A stretch of 64,000 nt of DNA. Source: Bacillota bacterium (GTDB lineage Bacteria > Bacillota > Sulfobacillia > Fermentithermobacillales > Fermentithermobacillaceae). The stretch is from assembly GCA_050952125.1 (NCBI GenBank), contig JBMNKK010000003.1, positions 111,408-175,407 on the forward strand, read 5' to 3'. The notes under the pieces were generated by a model that made no database searches, was not told where the DNA came from, and saw nothing but the letters and a program-made list of their open reading frames with translations. This document shows, piece by piece, positions 20,039 to 28,818 of the stretch (positions are counted from its first letter, which is position 1; the number at the start of each line of letters is the position of its first letter). A program made the position numbers and the translations under genes.

Positions 20039-21319
20039 ATGCGCCGAAAAGCGTGCTCTTGTACAGACAGGCAGTATGCGGCCCGCCGCCCAGGCTCTCT
20101 CGCAGGCGCGAGAACAGTTCTGTCGCTGCTCGTTACCCTGATCGTTATCCTGCCTGCGGCCTTAGGAGGATGCGCTCTCTTCGGAAGGCCGGCCGGAGAC
20201 GAGGCCGCTATTGAGGAGCCCTCCGAAAACGCTCCGGCGTTGTCACCCGGCCAGATAAGCATCAAGGTACAGGTGGCTATTGACGCTCATGTCAATTCCG
20301 ATGAGATAGACGACCGCGAGGTAGTGTTTACGGTGCAGGGCACCGTTTCACAAGGTATAGTCACGGTTGAGGGCGAATCGTCGGACGAGTCCCTGAAGCA
20401 GGCGCTTCTCGCGGACCTCCGAGCTATCCCCGGCGTCACTGTCGTTGACAATATTGATATCCTCCCTCCCGCTTCGTTGGGCGATATGACCTACGGCATT
20501 GTCAAGGTTCCGGTGGCTGACCTCGGCGACGGTCCAAAGAGCGCAGGCGGTTCCCATACGGTTACTCAGGCGAGGCTGGGTGACGTGTTGAGGCTCCTCA
20601 AGGAGCAGGACGGATGGTTTCTCGCCCAGATGGAAGACAAGTATCTGGGCTGGATTGGGCCTGAATCGATCCACCGCTGCGGTGAAAGCGAAGTGGATGC
20701 CTATCGAGCCGGCAGGGTAGCCCTCATTGTCAGCAAGACGGCCCCGATGTTGGATGCCCCCGGCGGCGGGCCGCTGTTCAGTCAGGAACTCGTGCAAGGC
20801 AGCATCCTTTCTATCCGCGACAAAGGGCCGGAGTGGGTTCGCCTTCAGGTTCCCGGCGGCACCGACGGATGGGTCGAGGTATCTCACATCGAAGAATACC
20901 CAAGCATTGAAGAGGCATTTGGCGAGGAGAAAGGGGCGGAAGCGGTTATCGCTACGGCCAAGCAATACTTGGGTCTGCCCTATCTTTGGGGAGGCACTAC
21001 CGCCTACGGTTTCGACTGCTCCGGGCTGACGCAGTACGCCATGAAGATGAACGGCTACCGGATCCGCCGCGACTCGGACATGCAATACGAGCAGGGCGAG
21101 ATAGTCGAAACGCGCGCCGATCTGCGTCCGGGCGACCTCGTCTTCTTCCAGACTTACAGAAAAGGTCCCTCCCATGTCGGCATATATATCGGCGACTCTC
21201 GCTACATTCAGTCAGGCGGCAACACCGGGGTGACCATCTGCAGTTTTGATCCGTCTCACCCGGAATACTCTGCGACACTTGACAAGGCCTATCTGGGTGC
21301 CCGCCGCATAATAAAGTAG
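20039..21319 (+). CDS. NlpC/P60 (C40) peptidase lipoprotein with BON-like and SH3b-like domains (YkfC-like)
   Basis: Lipobox LGGC; VTVEGE...IPGVTVVDNI (BON-like); DGW...YLGWI and GWV (SH3b); PYLWGGTTAYGFDCSG and HVGIY catalytic motifs; start uncertain. Confidence 0.85.
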   Translation: MRRKACSCTDRQYAARRPGSLAGARTVLSLLVTLIVILPAALGGCALFGRPAGDEAAIEEPSENAPALSPGQISIKVQVAIDAHVNSDEIDDREVVFTVQGTVSQGIVTVEGESSDESLKQALLADLRAIPGVTVVDNIDILPPASLGDMTYGIVKVPVADLGDGPKSAGGSHTVTQARLGDVLRLLKEQDGWFLAQMEDKYLGWIGPESIHRCGESEVDAYRAGRVALIVSKTAPMLDAPGGGPLFSQELVQGSILSIRDKGPEWVRLQVPGGTDGWVEVSHIEEYPSIEEAFGEEKGAEAVIATAKQYLGLPYLWGGTTAYGFDCSGLTQYAMKMNGYRIRRDSDMQYEQGEIVETRADLRPGDLVFFQTYRKGPSHVGIYIGDSRYIQSGGNTGVTICSFDPSHPEYSATLDKAYLGARRIIK

Positions 21320-21428
21320 CTACACGACGAGTGACCGTCCGAAGAAGCGGGTTTGGCCCGCCGCTGCCGGACGGTCGATCGTGAAGGCTGTTTGGCCCCC
21401 CACTCCCGTTCGATTCTCAGCTCTGTGG

Positions 21429-22295
21429 CTATCCTACCGCGCCTGGCGACGGGATGAAGATAACTTGCCCCTGCGTGAGAGAGTACGGCGGTGATAGCTG
21501 CGGATTGAAGGCCGTGAGTTCAGTCACGTTCATACCGAACTTCCTCGCGATGACCTCGATGGTTTCGCCCTCCATAACCACATATCTTCTGGCCGCTCCG
21601 CTGCCGCCGCCTCCCTGGTGTATGGGACCCATGTGGTGTCCGTCATGGTCGGGCCTCATATGCATTGTAGGGACGTGTACGACCTCGCCTGGGAAGATGA
21701 GCTCGGGGTTCCTGATCTGAGGATTGGCTCTGATGAGCGCGTCCAGAGATACTCCGTGCTTCTGCGCAATAAGGAACATCGTGTCGCCGGGCTGGACTAC
21801 GTAATCCTGCACTCCGGCTACTGGCGGCCGCTCCGGACGTTCAGGCCGCTCCGGCCTGTGGTCAGGATGAGGCCTGATGATGATCGTAATGTTGCACATC
21901 TCCGCAATACGCCGGATAAGGCGAAGTTTCCTGTCCTGGCGTCCGGTTCCCCGGATGATGACTGCGCGCCCGGCTTCATCGCTGATCAACCGGTCTGCCC
22001 TCATCCACCCCATTTCCATAGCCTCGTTTTCACGGGACCAAATGATGGGCAGTAGGTCATGTAAGTCGTCAGAGTGCCGGATCTCACGGAAACTGCCCGG
22101 TATCTCCACACCTACGCACGCTAAGAGCTCGTGGCAATCGTCTACCTGTTTCCTGTGCAGTTCCAAAAGTTCTCGAATAAGATCCAGGCAGTCAAGCGAT
22201 GCACCTATCCGCTCAAGTCTTTCGTACAAAGGGGAAAGCTCCCGGTTGCGCATCCAGACGTAAGTTGTGGCCTGAACGACCTCCTGGTCTGCCAT
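21429..22295 (-). CDS. SafA/ExsA-type LysM spore coat protein with helical N-terminal domain
   Basis: YVVQPGDTMFLIAQKHGVSLDALIRANPQIRNPELIFPGEVVHVP and a second LysM; ATG22295 after GGAGGGG. Confidence 0.8.
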   Translation of the reverse strand: MADQEVVQATTYVWMRNRELSPLYERLERIGASLDCLDLIRELLELHRKQVDDCHELLACVGVEIPGSFREIRHSDDLHDLLPIIWSRENEAMEMGWMRADRLISDEAGRAVIIRGTGRQDRKLRLIRRIAEMCNITIIIRPHPDHRPERPERPERPPVAGVQDYVVQPGDTMFLIAQKHGVSLDALIRANPQIRNPELIFPGEVVHVPTMHMRPDHDGHHMGPIHQGGGGSGAARRYVVMEGETIEVIARKFGMNVTELTAFNPQLSPPYSLTQGQVIFIPSPGAVG

Positions 22296-22335
22296 GAATA
22301 ACCCCCTCCACATCCTCGCTTATCGGTTATCTCTC

Positions 22336-22365
22336 CAATCTATGAGCCGGTAGGCCTTTTGGTGC
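22336..22365 (-). promoter_or_regulatory. sigK-like promoter for the LysM gene
   Basis: Minus strand gCACC-N16-CATAGATTG. Confidence 0.5.
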
Positions 22366-22388
22366 GGAGGCGGCCGGAAGCGCAGGAC

Positions 22389-22419
22389 AAACGAAAAGGC
22401 CCTCTCCGAAGAGAGGGCC
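22389..22419 (-). terminator. intrinsic terminator
   Basis: Minus strand GGCCCTCTC-TTCG-GAGAGGGCC then TTTTCGTTT, downstream of 22476-22778. Confidence 0.8.
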
Positions 22420-22475
22420 GAAACACTCGCGAGACTTAAGTGGATTGGGCTAAGGTCAGCCCATTTTCGCTCCCC

Positions 22476-22778
22476 TTATGAGGGTTCAATGTCTTCAGGC
22501 GGCCTGGGTTCCGATCGCCTTCGCGGAGCCGGTTCAGGCCAAGGCCACATGCCTTGCTCGAGCCAGTAGTCGTCAGGTTCCCGCCAGTACCAGTCGTCCG
22601 GGTCCTGAACGCGGTCTGCATCCTCCTCAGAGCGGGGGGCTTCGAGCTGTTCAGCGAAGTAGGGGTCGAATTCTTCCTCGTAAAAAGGGCTTTCCAGCCT
22701 GTAGTCTCCTCGCCGTGGAGGATTCCTTTCTTTCTCGTCCAAAGGCGGGTTTTCATGCTCGCGTTCGTCTATCATCAT
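22476..22778 (-). CDS. hypothetical acidic, Pro/Trp-rich protein divergent from lexA
   Basis: Strong RBS AAAGGAGGGG before ATG and its own terminator; 31 D/E, 17 P, 5 W in 100 aa. Confidence 0.75.
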   Translation of the reverse strand: MMIDEREHENPPLDEKERNPPRRGDYRLESPFYEEEFDPYFAEQLEAPRSEEDADRVQDPDDWYWREPDDYWLEQGMWPWPEPAPRRRSEPRPPEDIEPS

Positions 22779-22843
22779 GCCCCTCCTTTCAAGGATCGGG
22801 AATAGCGTTCCCGCAGCAAACGAGCGTATGTATCGGCAGATAG

Positions 22844-22891
22844 CAAACTGGCGTTTGCGTTCTTTGGGAATTCATGCTAAACTTTTGTTCG
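22844..22891 (+). promoter_or_regulatory. lexA sigA promoter overlapped by two SOS-box-like sites
   Basis: TTGCGT-N17-TAAACT with TG extension; CAAAC-TGGC-GTTTG (22844-22857) and TAAAC-TTTT-GTTCG (22878-22891) resemble Firmicutes GAAC-N4-GTTC. Confidence 0.75.
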
Positions 22892-22920
22892 GGATCACGA
22901 AAGAAAGAGGAGGGTCCGGC

Positions 22921-23532
22921 ATGGCGAAGCTAACGGAACAGCAGGCCAGAGTCCTTGAGGTGATCAGGGAGAGCATACGTGAGTTCGGTTACCCTCCGTC
23001 AGTCAGAGAACTTGGCGAAAAACTGGGCCTCAAGTCGACCGCTACCGTGCACACGCACCTCAGGAATCTCGAGCGTAAAGGATACCTCAAAAGAACCGCG
23101 CAGAAGTCCAGAGCGTTCAACATTATCGATTCTTTTGAAGTGAGCGAACCGGGCCCGGTAATCATGGTGCCGCTGGTGGGCATGGTCCGCGCCGGCACTC
23201 CCGTGCTCGCGGTAGAGAATATCGAGGATATGGTCCCGTTCCCACGGTCTTTTGTGAAGTCGGAAAACGTGTTTCTCCTCAGGGTCCAAGGCGACAGCAT
23301 GATCGACGCGGGCATATACGACGGCGACTTCGTGCTGGTAAGGCAGCAGGACCACGCCGACAACGGCGACATCGTGGTAGCGCTTTTGGGCGACGAAGCC
23401 ACGGTGAAGTCTTTCTACCGGGAGAAAGATGCCATACGTCTCCAGCCCCGCAATCCCCGCCTCGCTCCTATTGTGTCGCGAGATGTCCGGGTAATTGGCA
23501 AAGTTGTGGGGCTTTACCGCAGCGTCCGCTAA
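22921..23532 (+). CDS. lexA: SOS repressor LexA
   Basis: GYPPSVRE wHTH, Ala-Gly cleavage site (VRAGTP), GDSM Ser and TVK Lys; ATG22921 after GAGGAGG. Confidence 0.96.
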   Translation: MAKLTEQQARVLEVIRESIREFGYPPSVRELGEKLGLKSTATVHTHLRNLERKGYLKRTAQKSRAFNIIDSFEVSEPGPVIMVPLVGMVRAGTPVLAVENIEDMVPFPRSFVKSENVFLLRVQGDSMIDAGIYDGDFVLVRQQDHADNGDIVVALLGDEATVKSFYREKDAIRLQPRNPRLAPIVSRDVRVIGKVVGLYRSVR

Positions 23533-24779
23533 TCGAAAAGGGTTTCGGCCGCTCTCCTTGCGGCGATCATCACGTGTTCCTTAGTGAGCCCGCCTTGCAG
23601 GTATGCCGTGTACGGAGGGATGAACGGGGCGTCGCACGACAACTCGATTGAAGATCCCTGCACAAATGTCCCGGCAGCCATGATAACCCGATGCTCGTAG
23701 CCGGGCATTTCCCAAGGTTCCGGAGCCGCGAACGAGTCTACCGGAGACGATGCTTGAATAGCTTGTGCAAAGGACTTGAGAGCCTCCGGCGTCTTCAGGA
23801 TCACCGACTGAACTATGTCCGCCCGCTCATCGAGGGGTCCGGGGTCAACCTCGAATCCTAGAGCTCCAAGGAACGCCGCGGCGAATGCCGCCCCTTTAAG
23901 CGCCTCACCCACGATTTTCGGCGCCAGGAAGAGGCCCTGGTACAGATCCCTGTACCCCGATGCGTTGCTCCCAACCTCGCCGCCCAACCCCGGCGCGTAC
24001 AGGCTCTCGGCAGTCAGTGACACGCACTCCGGATCACCTACCGCGTAAGCGCCCGTAGACGCAAGTCCGCCGCCCGGGTTTTTGATCAGGGAGCCTACAG
24101 TCAAAGATACCCCGAGTGAAGGGGGCTCCACCGTGCCTGTAAACTCGCAATAGCAGTTATCCACCATGGTGCAAAGATGTGGCCACCCTCTTCTCTTCAC
24201 ATCCATAAACGCTTCCAGAGTTCGCGCGGAGATGCTTTTCCTGGCCGAGTAACCCCTGGAGCGCTGAATGTATATGAGCGATGTGTTCGGGCGTATCTGT
24301 TCTGAGAGCAGGTTCTCGAGCTCGGAGAGGTCAATCCGCCCTTCCTGCAGATCCAAGAGGCAGCAGGTCTCTCGAAAGGACACGCCTTGTCCCTGTAGCC
24401 CTTTTTCGCCCACGACCGGTTTCAGCGTGTCATACGGAGGCCCGGTGACGCACAGGACGTCGTCGCCCGGCCTTGTGAGCGCGAAGAGCGCTGTCTTGAG
24501 CGCGTGAGTTCCCGACGTCCAGTGAGTTCTCACAAGGCCCGCCTCGCCGCCGAACACTCTCGCATAAAGCCTGTCCAGCGTATCGCGGCCGCTGTCTCCG
24601 TACCCGTAACCTGTGCTTCCCACCATGTGCGGCAGGGCCACGCGCGATTCGATGAAGGAGTCAAGGACGCGCTCCTGATTGGCCAGTACGGTCTCTTCTA
24701 TCCGGTCCCAGGCCGGCCGGACTTCCTCGCAGGCTTGCCTGAAACACCGGCTCAGCTTGTCCCTTTGGCTATCTGTCAC
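23529..24779 (-). CDS. ynbB: methionine gamma-lyase-family / aluminium-resistance protein (YnbB-like)
   Basis: STGYGYGDSGRD, SGTHA, IQRSRGY, VDNCY, GSLIKNPGGG, MAAGTFVQGSSIELSCD; follows hflX. Confidence 0.88.
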   Translation of the reverse strand: MTDSQRDKLSRCFRQACEEVRPAWDRIEETVLANQERVLDSFIESRVALPHMVGSTGYGYGDSGRDTLDRLYARVFGGEAGLVRTHWTSGTHALKTALFALTRPGDDVLCVTGPPYDTLKPVVGEKGLQGQGVSFRETCCLLDLQEGRIDLSELENLLSEQIRPNTSLIYIQRSRGYSARKSISARTLEAFMDVKRRGWPHLCTMVDNCYCEFTGTVEPPSLGVSLTVGSLIKNPGGGLASTGAYAVGDPECVSLTAESLYAPGLGGEVGSNASGYRDLYQGLFLAPKIVGEALKGAAFAAAFLGALGFEVDPGPLDERADIVQSVILKTPEALKSFAQAIQASSPVDSFAAPEPWEMPGYEHRVIMAAGTFVQGSSIELSCDAPFIPPYTAYLQGGLTKEHVMIAARRAAETLFD

Positions 24780-26080
24780 GGTTTCCTTATCCCCAATACT
24801 CTAGAGTAGCGTTCGGCGTCTTCGGGACGGAGGTCTATGGTGATGACCGCGCCCTCATCATCGTGAACCTCAGAGCGCAGCGTTCCCGCCCTCTTGAGTT
24901 CGAAGGCTATGTCCCACTTGGCGTAAGGAACCCATAGAGAGACGGTCTCCCTCTTTGTCGCGAGGCCCTCGACTACCGCATCGGCGATCTGCTCCAAACC
25001 TTCCTCAAAAACTGCCGATACAGCAATACTTCCTTTGTGCAGGCGAAGCATTGAGTCCAGTTCCTCCGCCATGACTTTGTCTTTCTTGTTGAAACACACG
25101 ATCTTGGGGCGGTCCCCGACACCCAGATCCGACAAGACCCCGTCGACAGTGGCCATCTGCTGCGGCCAGGCGGGATTTGCGGCATCGACCACGTGAATGA
25201 GGAGGTCGGAATCTACCGATTCTTCGAGGGTGGCTCTAAATGCTGCGATCAGCTCGTGGGGTAGTCCTTGTATGAAGCCTACCGTGTCTACCAGTAGAGT
25301 TGTCTGGCCCGACGGCAGTACCCACTTTCTCGTCCACGGGTCCAGCGTAGCGAAGAGCTTGTCATCGGCATACGCCTCTTCCCCAGTGAGAGCATTGAAC
25401 AAGGTTGATTTCCCGGCATTGGTGTACCCGACAAGCGATATGATGGGTATCCCGGACCTGCGGCGCTGTTTTGTCTGCTCCGCCCTTACCCTCAAGACTT
25501 TCTTTAGTCCCCTGTTGAGGTGGGCTATGCGGCTTCTTAGGGCGCGGCGGTCCATCTCGATCTTTGTTTCGCCGGGCCCCCGTGTCCCGATACCCCCTCC
25601 GGGGTTCGACATCTCTACTCCGAATCCGCTGAGAGAACTCAGAGCGTGTTTTTGGGCGGCGATCTCGACCTGAAGTTTTCCTTCGGCGGTGTTCGCGCGC
25701 GCAGCGAAGATGCGCAGTATCAGTTCGGCCCTGTCCATGACCGGTACGCCGGTAATCCTCTCAAGGTTTCTCGATTGTGTCGGCGTCAGCTTCCCGTCCA
25801 CAATGACGCATGAAGCCTCTTCCCTCTCAACTAGCCGGGCAAGCTCCTGTGTCTTGCCTTTCCCCAGGTAAGTGGCCGGGTCAGGAGCCTCGCGCTCCTG
25901 AGAGACAACGCCTACAACCTCATAGTCCATGGTTTCGGCCAATCGCGAGGTCTCTTTGACAGATTCCTCCCAGGACAGCACCATGCCGGGTGTGGCGGGT
26001 CTGGAGATGTCGTCGCGCACGCCGGCCAGGATTACTCTGATCGGACCCTCACTTCCCGGCTCATAAGGTGTTCTTGGCAC
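24776..26080 (-). CDS. hflX: ribosome-splitting GTPase HflX
   Basis: GGGIGTRGPGETK, GYTNAGKS, LFATLD, DTVGFI, NKKD. Confidence 0.95.
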   Translation of the reverse strand: MPRTPYEPGSEGPIRVILAGVRDDISRPATPGMVLSWEESVKETSRLAETMDYEVVGVVSQEREAPDPATYLGKGKTQELARLVEREEASCVIVDGKLTPTQSRNLERITGVPVMDRAELILRIFAARANTAEGKLQVEIAAQKHALSSLSGFGVEMSNPGGGIGTRGPGETKIEMDRRALRSRIAHLNRGLKKVLRVRAEQTKQRRRSGIPIISLVGYTNAGKSTLFNALTGEEAYADDKLFATLDPWTRKWVLPSGQTTLLVDTVGFIQGLPHELIAAFRATLEESVDSDLLIHVVDAANPAWPQQMATVDGVLSDLGVGDRPKIVCFNKKDKVMAEELDSMLRLHKGSIAVSAVFEEGLEQIADAVVEGLATKRETVSLWVPYAKWDIAFELKRAGTLRSEVHDDEGAVITIDLRPEDAERYSRVLGIRKP

Positions 26081-26167
26081 TTGATCCCTCCGCGGTCCCT
26101 GGCAAGATCGCCCTTTGGAACGCCGGGCGCTGCCTCATAGTGACGTTAGCCTCATAGGCAGGCCTAA

Positions 26168-27085
26168 TTATACTACATCGAGAGAAGCTTCCAGAAGCTC
26201 CCTGGGTGTGAGCATCACCAAGTCTTGCCTGGTAAAGGTTCTATCCTTTATGAGCCGCACAGCCTGCCTGCGGATGGCCTTTTCGATGAGGTTTCTCACC
26301 ATGCGGGCATTCGACGGGACAGGCTCCACGTCCCTCTTTTCGCGGATGATGCGTTCGAGCATCGAGGAGGCTTCCAAAGAGAGCCTGTATTCCCTCTTCC
26401 TCAGCATGACCTCGGCTATCTGCATAAGCTCTTCCGCGCTGTAATCGGGAAACTCCAGGTGGATCGGGAACCGGGAGCGCAGGCCCGGGTTTGACCTCAA
26501 AAACTGCTCCATCTCCATTGGATACCCCGCGAGGATGAACACCGTTTCCTTAGCGTTGTCCTCCATACCCTTCACGATGCAATCGATGCACTCTTTACCG
26601 AAATCCTTCTCGCCTCCCCTGGACAGCGAGTAAGCTTCGTCGATGAACAAGATGCCCCCCTGGGCTTTCTTGATCTGCTCCTTCGTGCGCTGCGCCGTGT
26701 GGCCGATATACTCACCCACCAGATCGGCCCGTTCGACCTCTATAACATGCCCCTTTTCCAGAAGTCCGGCATCAGCCAGAAGCCTCCCCAAGATCCGGGC
26801 AATAGTGGTCTTGCCTGTGCCGGGATTGCCTTTGAACACCATGTGAAGGACAACCTTGTCCGTCACAAGGCCGGCCCGTTCGCGCTTCTTCTGGATCTCA
26901 GCAAAAGCGTAGACCTCATATATCAGATCCTTCACCCGTTCCAGTCCGACCAGCGACCGGAGTTCCTCCAGGGCCCCCTCTTTTGATTGGAAGGGTGCCG
27001 GCAAGAGGTCTATGTCGGACGATCTCACTTGAGGTACTACGCGCAAGTACGGACTCTTGGCGGTTCTAAGCAAGTTCTGGCTCAA
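26168..27085 (-). CDS. spoVK: stage V sporulation AAA ATPase (CbbX/SpoVK family)
   Basis: HMVFKGNPGTGKTT, ERADLVGEYIGHTA, LFIDEAY, NPGLRSRF, NARMVRN; between hfq and hflX. Confidence 0.9.
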   Translation of the reverse strand: MSQNLLRTAKSPYLRVVPQVRSSDIDLLPAPFQSKEGALEELRSLVGLERVKDLIYEVYAFAEIQKKRERAGLVTDKVVLHMVFKGNPGTGKTTIARILGRLLADAGLLEKGHVIEVERADLVGEYIGHTAQRTKEQIKKAQGGILFIDEAYSLSRGGEKDFGKECIDCIVKGMEDNAKETVFILAGYPMEMEQFLRSNPGLRSRFPIHLEFPDYSAEELMQIAEVMLRKREYRLSLEASSMLERIIREKRDVEPVPSNARMVRNLIEKAIRRQAVRLIKDRTFTRQDLVMLTPRELLEASLDVV

Positions 27086-27126
27086 TGGAAACGCTCCCCC
27101 CGGAGAAATGAGATACGCGGCGTCAC

Positions 27127-27153
27127 AATATATGCTCTTCGCGGGGTTTAGGC
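27127..27153 (-). promoter_or_regulatory. sigE-like promoter for spoVK
   Basis: Minus strand GCCTAAA-N12-CATATATT about 40 nt before the start. Confidence 0.55.
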
Positions 27154-27158
27154 GAGGG

Positions 27159-27190
27159 AAAAGGAAAACCGCCCGCTTTCCGGGCGGCTT
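27159..27190 (-). terminator. intrinsic terminator after the YHS gene
   Basis: Minus strand CCGCCCG-GAAAG-CGGGCGG then TTTTCCTTTT. Confidence 0.8.
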
Positions 27191-27216
27191 TCGCGAGGCA
27201 GCGTCTTTGCCTTACG

Positions 27217-27456
27217 CTACCTCGGCCGGTTGTCGTTCCTTCTGTCTCTGTTGTCGCGATTATTGCGCAGGTTGCTGCGGTTGTCGTTCCTGTTCTGGTC
27301 GTTATTGTCACGGGTGAAGTTGTCGGGGTTCCTATCGAACTCCTGGCGGCACCTATCGGAGCAGAAGTAGTAATTCTGGCCTCTATGCTCCGACCTAAGG
27401 TTGTTGTTGCGGTTGTCGTCCCTTACGTTCATCCCGCAGACTGGATCACGAGCCAC
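27217..27456 (-). CDS. YHS/TRASH-domain small protein with N/R/D-rich tail
   Basis: DPVCGM...YYFCSDRC...F.RNP; GTG27456 after GGAGGTG; 79 aa. Confidence 0.85.
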   Translation of the reverse strand: MARDPVCGMNVRDDNRNNNLRSEHRGQNYYFCSDRCRQEFDRNPDNFTRDNNDQNRNDNRSNLRNNRDNRDRRNDNRPR

Positions 27457-27497
27457 GCATCTCACCTCCCGGCAGCCGGAATCACACCAGCATCGGG

Positions 27498-27527
27498 AAG
27501 TTTGCCCAAGCCCTAGCAGTTGCATAC
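27498..27527 (-). promoter_or_regulatory. sigG/sigF-like forespore promoter for the YHS gene
   Basis: Minus strand GTATG-N18-CAAACTT (also reads GTATG-N15-GGGCAAACTT). Confidence 0.55.
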
Positions 27528-27541
27528 TCGAAGGCTAAGAA

Positions 27542-27802
27542 CTAGGAGTCCTTGGTTTCCGCGGGTTTCGGTTCGCTGAAATTGGTGTTCACCGGCTTCG
27601 AGGGGGTGATGGTGGACACGGCGTGCTTGTATATGAGCATCTGCCTTCCGTCGCTATCGAGGACAACGGTGAAATTGTCAAAGCCTTTGACTATGCCTTT
27701 CAGCTGGAATCCGTTGACCAAATACACAGTGGTCAATATGGCTTCTTTGCGAATCTGATTAAGGAATGCGTCTTGCAGGTTAATAGGGGTCTTTGCGCTC
27801 AC
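27542..27802 (-). CDS. hfq: RNA chaperone Hfq
   Basis: [33 protein letters not shown]; GTG27802 after GGAGGG. Confidence 0.96.
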   Translation of the reverse strand: MSAKTPINLQDAFLNQIRKEAILTTVYLVNGFQLKGIVKGFDNFTVVLDSDGRQMLIYKHAVSTITPSKPVNTNFSEPKPAETKDS

Positions 27803-27827
27803 TTCTGTTTCCCTCCAGCTCTCTCCA

Positions 27828-28778
27828 CTATCGTGCGGGACTAGTATCAACCTCGAAATGGTTTCTGATAAGGTCGGAGGCTCTTTGCAGGACATCCGCC
27901 CAAGCAATATCCTGACCTCTCTCCAACCATATTATGCCTTCTTCTCTGGAAAACCATGTAAACTGTCTCTTGGCGAACCTCCTGGTATTACGCTTAATGA
28001 GAGCCTTCGTCTCTTCCAGGGTGCAGAGCCCGTCCAGGAAAAGCCCGATCTCTTTGTAACCGAGTCCCTGCATGCTGGCAAGGTCGCTCTTGTAGCCCAT
28101 TTTCCGGAGGTCCATCACTTCTTCTACAAAGCCCTGCCGAAACTGCTCTTCTACCCTATTATCGATTCTCTCGCCCAGATCTTGACGATTCCACGACAAT
28201 CCGAGTTTCAAAGCGTCATACGGGGAGTCCGCTTTTTCCTTTTGCCTCTCGGATATGGGGTGTCCGGTAGAGCGGAAGTACTCGAGGGCTCTTACGACCC
28301 GTTTGTGGTCATTTGGATGAAGGCGGGCCCACGACTCGGGATCGCGATCTTTGAGAAGGGCGTGAACGGCCTGATTCCCTTCCTTCTTGGCGAGGTTACG
28401 CATATCGCGCCTGAACCGAAGGTCGGGTGGGGCGTCTCTCAGCGGGTAATCTCTGAGGAGAGCCCGTACGTAGAGGCCGGTTCCCCCTACCACGCATGGG
28501 ATATGCTTTCTATCCAGGATTTCCCGAATGGCTCTTGAAGCTCTCTCTTTGAACTCCTGGACGCTCCAAGGTTCATCCGGATCCTTGACATCCACCAGGT
28601 GATGTCGGACGAGCGCCATCTCTTCTTGCGTCGGTTTGGCGGTGCCTATGTTCATATATCGGTAGACTTGCATGGAGTCGGCGGAGATGATTTCCAGCGG
28701 GAAGAAGCGAGCCAATTCCATAGCGAGACCGGATTTGCCCGAAGCGGTCGGGCCTGTGATCACCAGAATCCTACTCAA
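27828..28778 (-). CDS. miaA: tRNA dimethylallyltransferase
   Basis: [38 protein letters not shown]; alternative start 28856. Confidence 0.95.
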   Translation of the reverse strand: MSRILVITGPTASGKSGLAMELARFFPLEIISADSMQVYRYMNIGTAKPTQEEMALVRHHLVDVKDPDEPWSVQEFKERASRAIREILDRKHIPCVVGGTGLYVRALLRDYPLRDAPPDLRFRRDMRNLAKKEGNQAVHALLKDRDPESWARLHPNDHKRVVRALEYFRSTGHPISERQKEKADSPYDALKLGLSWNRQDLGERIDNRVEEQFRQGFVEEVMDLRKMGYKSDLASMQGLGYKEIGLFLDGLCTLEETKALIKRNTRRFAKRQFTWFSREEGIIWLERGQDIAWADVLQRASDLIRNHFEVDTSPAR

Positions 28779-28818
28779 CGGCTGCCTCTCGCCCCCCCGA
28801 CTTTCTGTCCTCAAGACA

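Noticed and set aside
22436-22756. Alternative 106-aa minus-strand ORF overlapping 22476-22778
   Set aside because: The strong RBS sits in front of the 22778 start, not this one
27230-27430. GTT/GTC-rich quasi-repeats as a CRISPR array or VNTR
   Set aside because: Explained by Asn/Asp/Arg codons of the YHS gene; no fixed repeat-spacer period
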